This document shows positions 55,783-64,000 of a stretch of 64,000 nucleotides of DNA, one piece after another (the first letter of the stretch is position 1; every line of letters starts with the position of its first letter). The notes below the pieces were generated by a model, which did no database searches, had not been told where the DNA came from, and saw only the letters and a list, made by a program, of their open reading frames with translations. The DNA lies in NCBI GenBank assembly GCA_963697195.1, contig CAVOND010000009.1, positions 263,821 to 327,820 of the forward strand, given 5' to 3'. This DNA is from Pirellulaceae bacterium. GTDB lineage: Bacteria; Planctomycetota; Planctomycetia; Pirellulales; Pirellulaceae. Both the position numbers and the translations under genes were made by a program.

Positions 55783-58002
55783 ATGAGTACCGCGTCGGCT
55801 GAAAACGTTCAGATCCAACTTCCTGACGGCACGATCGTCGAGCAATCGGCGGCCAAGACGGCGATGGATGTTGCCTTAGGGATCAGCGACGGGTTGGCTC
55901 GAGCGGTGGTCGCCGCGGAAGTCGACGGACAGATCGTCGACGCCGATCGTCCTCTGGGTGAACTGGGCAGCGGGGATCAGCCCCTTTCGCTGCGGCTGCT
56001 GACGAGTCGTGACCAGGAGGCTTTGGGGGTGCTGCGTCATTCTGCGGCCCACGTGATGGCGCGGGCGGTGATGCGTCTCTACAAGGGCGTTTCGCTTGCG
56101 TTCGGGCCGACGACCGAGGGGGGCTTCTACTACGACTTCGATCTCCCCGAGAAGATCAGCGAAGAGGATTTTCCCAAGATCGAAGCCGAGATGCAGCGGA
56201 TCATCAAGGACAAGGAACCGTTCGAGCGTTTCGCGCTTGATCGTGAGGAGGCCCGCAAGCTTTGTGCGGATCTCGACCAGGATCTCAAGGTGGAGCACAT
56301 CGAAACGGGATTGGCCGATCAGGCGACGGTCAGCTTTTATCGGCAAGGGGAGTTCGTCGACCTGTGTCGCGGCCCCCACATTCCCGACGCGGGCAAGATC
56401 AAGGCGATCAAGCTGATGAGCGTTGCCGGATCACACTGGAAGGGCGACACGTCGGGCCGGCAGTTACAACGGCTCTACGGCACCGCGTTCTTTGACAAGA
56501 AGGAACTCGCGGCCTATCTGGAACAGATCGAGGAAGCCAAGCGTCGGGATCACCGCGTGTTGGGGAAGCAGCATGGTCTGTTCTCCATTCATCCCGAGGT
56601 CGGACAGGGGCTTTGTTTGTGGTTGCCCAAGGGGGCGCGGGTGCGGGTGGCGTTGGAGGACTTCCTGCGGAAGGAGTTGCTCTCGCGCGGATACGACCCG
56701 GTCTACAGCCCGCACATCGGGCGGGTCGAGATGTACGAGACCAGCGGCCATTTTCCCTATTACCGCGACAGTCAGTTCGCGCCATTGTTCGGCAGTGAGG
56801 TTGGTGGATTGCTCGATGCATGGAGTCGTCGACTCGAAGAGGGAACGATCGACGCCGAGGGAGAGGAAAAACTGATCGAAGCGGCGAAGGTCTTCGGTGT
56901 GGAGCTGCCCAAGTACAAGCTGTCCTCGTCGGTGGACTCGCGTCGGGCGGTGCTCCATGAGTGGCAGAAGTTGCATGAGCGATACCTGCTCAAGCCGATG
57001 AACTGCCCGCATCACTGTCACATCTTCAAGGCCCAGCCCCGTTCTTATCGCCAGTTGCCGCTGCGGCTCTTTGAATTCGGCACCGTCTATCGCCACGAGC
57101 AAACTGGTGAGCTCAACGGCATGCTTCGGGTGCGCGGATTGACCCAAGACGACGCGCACATTTTCTGCACGGCGGATCAGGTCGAGGAGGAGTTTCGCGC
57201 TACGATTGAGCTGACCAAGTTTGTGCTGCGCTCGGTTGGCTTGGACGATTACCGAGTCCAGTTGTCACTGCGCGATCCAGATAGCGACAAGTACGTCGGC
57301 AGCGAAGAGAACTGGAACCACGCCGAGAGCGCGCTGCGAAGCGTGCTCGAGCATTCGGGGCTCGAGTTCAATGAGGAAGCGGGTGAGGCTGCGTTCTATG
57401 GACCCAAGGCCGACTTCATGGTGCGCGATTGCATCGGACGATCTTGGCAATTGGGCACCGTGCAACTGGACTACAACTTGCCGGAACGGTTCAAGCTGGA
57501 ATACAACGGCAGCGACAACGCGGCCCATCGACCGGTGATGATTCATCGCGCACCGTTTGGATCGCTGGAACGGTTCACGGGGATGTTGATCGAGCACTTT
57601 GCCGGCGCGTTTCCGCTTTGGCTCTCGCCCGAGCAGGTTCGCGTGCTGCCGCTGAGCGACAAGTCCCTCGATTATGCGGTGCAGGTTGCCAGGGAATTGG
57701 ATGCCGCTGGGTTGAAGGTGACCGTCGACAGCAGTGGCGGCAAGGTCCAGGCAAAGATCCGCAACGCCCAGCTCGATCTGGTCAACTACATGGCGGTGGT
57801 CGGCCCCAAGGAGGCCGAGGCCGGGCAGTTGGCGCTGCGTGACCGCATCGATGGCGATCTCGGATCGATGCCGGTTGCCGAAGCCATCGCCAGGCTGAAC
57901 AAGGAGATCGCCGAGCGACAGGTTCGCCAGGCCGTCCAGAGCTCGGTATCCGGAGCGACGGTCGCCGCGGTCGATTCCGACGCGGTCGGCAACGAGTATT
58001 GA
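55783..58002 (+). CDS. thrS: Threonine--tRNA ligase
   Basis: TGS domain; HSAAHVMA; DLCRGPH; RDHR; KPMNCP; [11 protein letters not shown]; AFYGPK; MIHRA. Confidence 0.97.
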   Translation: MSTASAENVQIQLPDGTIVEQSAAKTAMDVALGISDGLARAVVAAEVDGQIVDADRPLGELGSGDQPLSLRLLTSRDQEALGVLRHSAAHVMARAVMRLYKGVSLAFGPTTEGGFYYDFDLPEKISEEDFPKIEAEMQRIIKDKEPFERFALDREEARKLCADLDQDLKVEHIETGLADQATVSFYRQGEFVDLCRGPHIPDAGKIKAIKLMSVAGSHWKGDTSGRQLQRLYGTAFFDKKELAAYLEQIEEAKRRDHRVLGKQHGLFSIHPEVGQGLCLWLPKGARVRVALEDFLRKELLSRGYDPVYSPHIGRVEMYETSGHFPYYRDSQFAPLFGSEVGGLLDAWSRRLEEGTIDAEGEEKLIEAAKVFGVELPKYKLSSSVDSRRAVLHEWQKLHERYLLKPMNCPHHCHIFKAQPRSYRQLPLRLFEFGTVYRHEQTGELNGMLRVRGLTQDDAHIFCTADQVEEEFRATIELTKFVLRSVGLDDYRVQLSLRDPDSDKYVGSEENWNHAESALRSVLEHSGLEFNEEAGEAAFYGPKADFMVRDCIGRSWQLGTVQLDYNLPERFKLEYNGSDNAAHRPVMIHRAPFGSLERFTGMLIEHFAGAFPLWLSPEQVRVLPLSDKSLDYAVQVARELDAAGLKVTVDSSGGKVQAKIRNAQLDLVNYMAVVGPKEAEAGQLALRDRIDGDLGSMPVAEAIARLNKEIAERQVRQAVQSSVSGATVAAVDSDAVGNEY

Positions 58003-58275
58003 GCAGTGCTTGGCAGAATGACGCGGAGCAGAATCGATCGACTGCAGCCGCTGCCAGAAGTCGCTGATTCCAGCTGCCCTGGTTCCGGCCGCCCTGATTC
58101 TAGCCACTCTCATTCCGGCCAGTCCCGCAACGAGCAGCTGGCGGGGGCCCGCATGAATATTCGGATTGATCGAACCCAGGTCTGTTTGCTTGCCGCGGCT
58201 GTCCCGCTGAGAGGTGTTCGAGTGCGGGATCTGGGTACTTATACTGGATTCGGGGCGTTCTCTTCCGGTGCGGAT

Positions 58276-58354
58276 GGCGAAAAGGGGTCAGACACCAAAA
58301 ACCGGAACGGCCCGAAGGGTGCTTCGCATTTTTGGTGTCTGACCCCTTTTCGCC
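58276..58354. repeat. Host palindromic repeat A, uninterrupted (empty) copy
   Basis: GGCGAAAAGGGGTCAGACACCAAAAA...TTTTTGGTGTCTGACCCCTTTTCGCC. Confidence 0.9.
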
Positions 58355-58449
58355 GATCGCTTCGGGTGCGGAGCGAGGGACCATCCAACCGCTGCCTCCA
58401 GTTCAAGGCATGGGCTAGCGGTTCCGACTGATCGAGATTTGGATTTCAC

Positions 58450-60434
58450 ATGCGTTGGCTTGTCATCGTTTGCGGCATCCTGCTGCCCCACTTTGTGTTG
58501 GCGGCCGAGCTATCGGTCCAGGAGAGCCGCATGGTCGAGGCGATCAATGCGACCGTGCATGAAGGCGGGGACCAGTTATGCCAGCGGGGATTACCAGGCG
58601 GCTGGCAAACACGTCGCCGAGGCGATCAAGCAACTCGAGGCGGCGACCGGCAGCTGGCTCGCCCGAGTTGTACGACCGCTTGTTGCCAGCGATTCAGCGG
58701 ATCGAGAAGGCGCACACGCTGCTCGAGTTCGAGGGGATTTCGCTGCCGCCATTTCAGCGACCAAATCCTCCGCAGCCTATGAACGCTGCGGCGACCGTCA
58801 ATCGATCGGCGCCGGCTTCCCCTGTCCCCCGGCCATCCCCTGTCCCCCGCCCAACACCGCGCCGGCCCACACGCGGCACGCCGTCGGATCCCAAGCCCGA
58901 ACCCGACACCGCCTTCGGAGCAATCGATGATCAGCTTCACCGGTGCCGTGGCTCCGATCCTGGTCGAGTCGTTGTGGGCGATGTCACGTCAGCGACAGCA
59001 AGGGAGGCTTCAGCGCCGCGAGCTACAGCGCATTGATGAAGGGGCCGCCGGAAGGGGTGGTGATCTTCGCCGGCGATACGGTGGGCAGCCGATTGATCGA
59101 AACGATCGAAACGGGGGACATGCCTCGCGGCGGGGGCAAGCTGACACCGCAGGAGTTGCAGACGCTCAAAGCTTGGATCCTGGCCGGTGCCAAGTTCGAT
59201 GGAGCCGATCCGGAATCGCCGATTGCCGGCGGAACCGCTCCGGCGCCCGTGAACATGAACGTCGAAATCCGTCGGGCCACTGGCTCGGAGACCGTTAGTT
59301 TCGCTGCCGACGTGGCTCCCTTGCTCGTCGAGAATTGCAGCGGTTGCCACATCGATGCAGTGCAAACGCGAGGCGGATTGCGGATGGATACGTTTGCTCA
59401 GTTGGCACGAGGAGGCGACAGCGGCGCGATCGTGACGCCTGGAAAAGGATCCGAGAGTCTGCTGGTCCAAAAGCTTCGTGGGCTGATGGGAGATCGCATG
59501 CCGGCCGGAGGGCGTCCCGCGTTGTCCGAGCAGTCGATTCAACTGATCACGACCTGGATCGATGAAGGTGCCACGCTGGATGGCGCCAGTGAAACGCAGC
59601 CGCTTCGTGTGATGAGCCAGTTAGCCTGGGCTGCATCGGCCACGCCGCAGCAGTTGAGCGAGCGCCGCGGCGAGTTGGCAGCGGCCAACATGAAGCTCGT
59701 GACCGCCTCGTCGGCGAACGTCGCTTCGCATCAATCAGAACACTTCCTGGTGACGGGACCGGTTTCGTCCAACACCTTGGAAATGGTGGCTCGCCTGGCC
59801 GAAGGTCAGATGAAAACGGTCCGCAGCCGTGATCAAAGGAAACAGCGGTGAAGGCTTCTACCACGGCAGGGCAACGATCTTTGTGTTTCCCAAACGATAC
59901 GACTACAGCGAGTTCGCCAAGATGGTGGAGAGTCGATCGATTCCGACCGACTGGAGCAGCCACTGGAGCTTTGATGGAATCGACGCCTATGTTTCGCTTG
60001 TCTGCAGCGACGACGAGGAGGAAGAGGTGATCGAGTCACGATTGACGGCGCCGCTGGTAAGTCTTGCCGTGGCCACGCGGGGCCGCGACGTGCCGCGTTG
60101 GCTTGCCGAAGGAGCCGGGGCGGCAACGGCCTTTCGTTTGACAAGCTCGCGCGATCGTGATGCACGACGCAAGCAGGAGTCCGACATCTTTGCGGCGCTG
60201 GCATCGATGGAGAACGCCAAGCAGTTCCTCGACGGAAAACTTTCCCCGGAGCAGACCGATCGAATCGGAGCAGCGATCGTGGCAACGATGCTTGACCGGA
60301 GTTATCGCCGATCGTTTGATGCCCTGGTCCGAAACCTGGAAGAGGGCAAGTCGTTCGACGAGGCGTTCCAGGAATCCTTCCGAGGAACGCCCAACGAGTT
60401 CGTGACCGCCTGGCTCAGCGGGTTCCGCGGCTAG
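58450..60434 (+). CDS. Secreted protein with two planctomycete cytochrome c domains (split by indels)
   Basis: Signal peptide; CGRCH...MP...WILAGA and CSGCH...RMP...WIDEGA; C-terminal PRWLAEG. Confidence 0.78.
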
Positions 60435-60570
60435 CACGCCGGGCTTTCCAGCCTGACTTGCTGGGGACGAGTGTCAGCCTGGAAAGGCGAACGTACGCCG
60501 GGTTGGAGAAACTGCTTCGGCGGATGAGAATCGAAGCTTCAACCGTGAACCAAACTGATTTGGTGAGAAC

Positions 60571-61590
60571 ATGATTGTAGTGATGGAGCCGGGCGCGACC
60601 GACGAGCAGGTCGAGGCGACGGTCAAGCGAGTCGAAAGTCTGGGCCTCAAGGCCAATGTCATCGTGGGAACCGAGCGGACGGTGGTCGCGGCGATCGGTG
60701 ACAAACGCGAGCACTTCAAAGAGTCGCTGGAGAGTGGCGAAGGGGTCTCCGCGGTGCTGCCCATCGTGGCGCCCTACAAGATGGCCAGTCGTGAGGTTCG
60801 GGCCGAGCCGAGCCAGGTCCGCGTTCTGGACTTTGCCGCCGGAGCCGGCGAGGTCGGGTTCGTCGCCGGGCCTTGCAGCGTCGAAAGTGAAGCACAGATC
60901 TTGGAATCCGCTCGGGCCGTCAAGGCGGCGGGAGCGACCGGATTGCGTGGGGGTGCCTTCAAGCCTCGCACCAGTCCCTACAGCTTCCAAGGATTGAAAG
61001 AAGACGGGCTGAAGATGTTGGCGGCGGCCCGTGATGAAACGAACCTGGCAATCTTTACTGAGGTGATGGGCACGAGCGACGTCGACTTGGTCGCAAAGTA
61101 CGCCGACGTGCTTCAAATCGGTGCGCGAAACATGCAGAACTACCGTTTGCTCGAAGCGGTCGGGTCGGTGGGCAAGCCGGTCCTCTTGAAACGGGGGCCC
61201 TCGGCGACCATGGACGAGTTTCTGTTGGCGGCCGAGTACATTCTCAACGAGGGGAACGACCAGGTCATGCTCTGCGAGCGGGGGATCCGAACGTTTGAGG
61301 GTCACACGCGTTTCACACTGCCGCTGGCCAGCATCACCTACCTTCACCGCAAAACGCACTTGCCAGTCATTGTGGACCCGAGCCATGGAACGGGACATAC
61401 CTACATGGTGCCCGACATGGCGGTCGCGGCGTGTGCAGCCGGTGCGGATGGATTGATCATCGAAGTTCATCCCGATCCAAGCTCGGCCATGAGCGACGGC
61501 TATCAATCCCTGACGTTCGAAGGCTTTGAGCAAACGATGAGACGCTGCAAGGCAGTCATCGATGCGCTTCGCGCGCTGGATCACTCTTAA
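60571..61590 (+). CDS. aroF: DAHP synthase, type I-beta, with N-terminal regulatory domain
   Basis: AGPCSVES; RGGAFKPRTSPYSFQG; QIGARNMQN; LKRG; CERGIR; DPSH; EVHP. Confidence 0.95.
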   Translation: MIVVMEPGATDEQVEATVKRVESLGLKANVIVGTERTVVAAIGDKREHFKESLESGEGVSAVLPIVAPYKMASREVRAEPSQVRVLDFAAGAGEVGFVAGPCSVESEAQILESARAVKAAGATGLRGGAFKPRTSPYSFQGLKEDGLKMLAAARDETNLAIFTEVMGTSDVDLVAKYADVLQIGARNMQNYRLLEAVGSVGKPVLLKRGPSATMDEFLLAAEYILNEGNDQVMLCERGIRTFEGHTRFTLPLASITYLHRKTHLPVIVDPSHGTGHTYMVPDMAVAACAAGADGLIIEVHPDPSSAMSDGYQSLTFEGFEQTMRRCKAVIDALRALDHS

Positions 61591-61621
61591 CGGAATCCCT
61601 CAGGAACAGCAGGAGACCGGG

Positions 61622-62603
61622 ATGTCGGCTCAAGATCGGACGCTCGAGCAATATCATCAGCTGATGCAGATCAATGCGGCGTCCCATTTGATCCGCACGG
61701 CAAGGTCGCTGGGGATTCTCGGGGAGCTTCGTGAGGGGCATCGCACGCTCGAGCAGCTATGCGATTCGCTTGCCTTGCGAGTGAGTGGCGCCAAAGCACT
61801 CCTCGATGCCCTGGTCGCGATCGGGATCGTGGATCAATTCGGCGAGGACTACCTGCTTTCTCGAGCTGCCCACCTGCTCTGCCAGTACGACGATGATTTG
61901 GGTGATGCACGCTGGCAGCGATTGGCCGATCTGGTTCGAGGTCGCACGCAAGCGCCAAGAGCACGTGGACCAGCAGCACTTCGACCACCTCGCGGCGACC
62001 CAGTGGATTCACACGCCTGCCGCGATGGAGGCGGCGGAGATCATGAACATCGGTGGCGAGGGCGAGGTGGCCGGCCCCAGCATTCTGGACTTGGGGTGCG
62101 GCTCGGCAGTCTGGAGCTGTGCGATGGCCTATCGCGATCCCGACGCCACGATCACGGCGGTCGACAATCGGGCCGCCCTGGATGCGGCGGAGACCACGGC
62201 CAACTCGATCGGGCTTGGGGAGCGATTCAGCGCGGTCGAGGCCGATCCGCTCGAGGTCGAGCTTCCTGCCGATTCGTTCGACTGGGTGATCATCCCCCAG
62301 CGATTCAACTGTCTCAGCCCGCAGTTTGCCTCGACGCTTCTACGCCAGGCGGTCGATGCCGCCAAACCGGGCGGGCGGATCGCCGTGATCGACCTGTTTC
62401 GAAGCCCCGCCAAGGCCAATCTGTCGGAATGCGTCGAAGCACTCAACCTGCAGTTGGAAACGCGAGAGGGGGCGGTCCGCACGTTGGAGCAAGTCGAAGC
62501 CGAGTTTCGTGAGGTTGGACTGGCGGACGTCCAAATCGCCTTCATCAGCAAGAGCAGGGCCAATTTAGGGCTGGCAGTGGCCACCAAGCCCGGTGAATCC
62601 TGA
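61622..62603 (+). CDS. Class I SAM-dependent methyltransferase with N-terminal dimerisation domain (one indel)
   Basis: LLDALVAIGIV winged-helix region; ILDLGCGSA; KPGGRIAVID. Confidence 0.85.
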
Positions 62604-62947
62604 GAAAACCGCTCCTGGACGGTCGGCGGAAGGTTTGATCTGCGTGTCAGCGCCCGCCCTGCGGGCATCGCCGTCGCGGATCTTTTCGAGGTGCAGCATG
62701 GAAGCTGAACAGGCACGAAGTGCCGACACAAGAATTGCCGGCTGCGTCAGCACCCGGTTCGAAACCCCTTGCATCCCCGTCCAACACGTCGATTCGTCGG
62801 CGCAGCCGAAGAATCGACGTGGTGGACGCCTGTGTGGGAGGACCCGCACCCCGCGGGTTGACCCCCACGGCAATTCTTTTGACGCCACTTTGTGGCAAAA
62901 GGGAATCGCCGCAAAGCACCTTTTTCGAGAAACCGAGCTTGCGTGCG

Positions 62948-62977
62948 TTGACGAAAACGGCGTCCTTCTCCTACGAT
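62948..62977 (+). promoter_or_regulatory. Candidate sigma70 promoter for rpmF-fabD
   Basis: TTGACG-18 nt-TACGAT. Confidence 0.4.
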
Positions 62978-63023
62978 ACGCGGCTCAGTTGCAAACTCTC
63001 GAATCAATCCGGATGTCACAGCG

Positions 63024-63206
63024 ATGGCTGTCCCAAAACGAAAACACTCCAACGCCCGAACTGGCAGTCGACGCGCACACGATCACGTCAAGAAGCGTCA
63101 GATCAGTTATTGTCCGCAGTGCAGCACGGCTGTGCCGACGCATACGATTTGCCCCAAATGTGGCTACTATCAGGGGCGAACCGTCGTCGAGCACGAAGAG
63201 GACTAG
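63024..63206 (+). CDS. rpmF: 50S ribosomal protein L32 (zinc-ribbon form)
   Basis: MAVPKRKHSNARTGSRRAH; CPQC...CPKCGYY. Confidence 0.96.
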   Translation: MAVPKRKHSNARTGSRRAHDHVKKRQISYCPQCSTAVPTHTICPKCGYYQGRTVVEHEED

Positions 63207-63255
63207 TGGTACGTCACGATCCGGTGTCTGACACCATCCAGCGCATTCTTCGACG

Positions 63256-64000
63256 ATGAATTCAGTCAGTATTCTTTTCCCCGGACAGGGTGCGCAGACA
63301 GTCGGCATGGGTCGCTGGTTGTGCGAGACCTATCCGACGGCCAGGCGGTATTTCGATCAGGCGTCGGAGATTCTGGGCTACGATCTTGCGGAGCTCTGCT
63401 TCGAGGGGCCTGAAGAGCGGCTTCATGCGACCGAGTTCAGCCAGCCGGCACTGTTCGTCGTCGGCATCGCGGCGGCCGAGGTGCTCCGGGAGGTCCAGCC
63501 CGAGCGAATCGCTGCGATCAAGGCTGCGGCCGGTCTGAGTCTCGGCGAGTACACCGCGGTCTGTTTTGCGGGCGGCTTGCAGTTCCCCGATGCGCTGCGG
63601 CTGGTTCAGCGTCGAGGTCAGGCGATGCAGGCGGCGGCGGACGCGGTCGATAGCGGGATGGCCAGCGTGCTTGGGCTTGATTTGTCGGTGGTCTCGCAGC
63701 TCTGCGATCAGTGCCGTCACGAAGGAGAGGTCCTGCAGCCGGCCAATCTGCTCTGTCCCGGTAACATCGCGGTCTCGGGGCATCGTTCGGCCTTGGAGCG
63801 GTTGATGCCTGCCGCGATCGAAGCGGGAGCGATGAAGGTGATTCCGCTCAGCGTTGCCGGAGCCTTTCACACCTCGCTGATGCAGCCGGCTGTCGAGTCA
63901 CTCGTCGCGGCCCTGGACGAGATGCCGATGACCGACACGGCGATTCCGGTCTACAGCAACGTCGACGCCTCGCCGCACCAGTCGGCCGAGGAGATTCGCC
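63256..64000 (+). CDS. fabD: Malonyl-CoA-ACP transacylase (runs off window)
   Basis: Manual translation MNSVSILFPGQGAQTVGMG; SQPALF; GLSLGEY; LSVAGAFH. Confidence 0.94.
   Translation, partial: MNSVSILFPGQGAQTVGMGRWLCETYPTARRYFDQASEILGYDLAELCFEGPEERLHATEFSQPALFVVGIAAAEVLREVQPERIAAIKAAAGLSLGEYTAVCFAGGLQFPDALRLVQRRGQAMQAAADAVDSGMASVLGLDLSVVSQLCDQCRHEGEVLQPANLLCPGNIAVSGHRSALERLMPAAIEAGAMKVIPLSVAGAFHTSLMQPAVESLVAALDEMPMTDTAIPVYSNVDASPHQSAEEIR

Noticed and set aside
601-62603. Many split genes that look like pseudogenes or programmed frameshifts (ackA, rplY, ssb, ppdK, infB, RND and others)
   Set aside because: The breaks are single-base indels spread through the whole window, including essential genes, and I noticed no shared slippery motif. 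Long-read sequencing error is the simplest explanation.
290-63870. Numerous long antisense or overlapping ORFs in the ORF track
   Set aside because: These are expected shadows of real genes in high-GC DNA; they have Arg/Pro-rich composition and no motifs.
63024-64000. rpmF directly followed by fabD without plsX-fabH
   Set aside because: Simple gene-order variation; gene loss cannot be inferred from one window.

Overview
A GC-rich chromosomal window, most likely from a Pirellulaceae-type planctomycete. The evidence for this is a PVM-type bacterial microcompartment locus, several PVC/planctomycete multi-domain c-type cytochromes, a DUF1592/DUF1552-like gene pair and a very long secretin. Housekeeping blocks are rplY-pth-rpsF-ssb-rplI, tRNA-Leu(TAG), ppdK, nusA-infB-rbfA-yebC, thrS, aroF and rpmF-fabD. 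Accessory blocks cover sugar/redox catabolism and an RND efflux system. Most long genes, including essential ones, are split by single-base indels, which points to an unpolished long-read assembly rather than pseudogenes; frameshifted genes are given as joined spans. The most notable signals are: (1) a three-level nested repeat in which a ~120-bp MITE-like element carrying a REP-like doublet has inserted, in opposite orientations and with a target duplication, at the same position of a palindromic host repeat whose empty form is also in the window; (2) an AKR/TauD-like dioxygenase/MFS/TauE operon resembling an oxidative desulfonation pathway; (3) an HhH-GPD-like protein lacking the catalytic Lys and Fe-S motif but carrying a histone-H1-like tail; and (4) an apparent Tat-exported TIM-barrel/MsrB fusion. 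No CRISPR array, integrase or transposase gene was seen. All family assignments come from motif recognition, not database searches.
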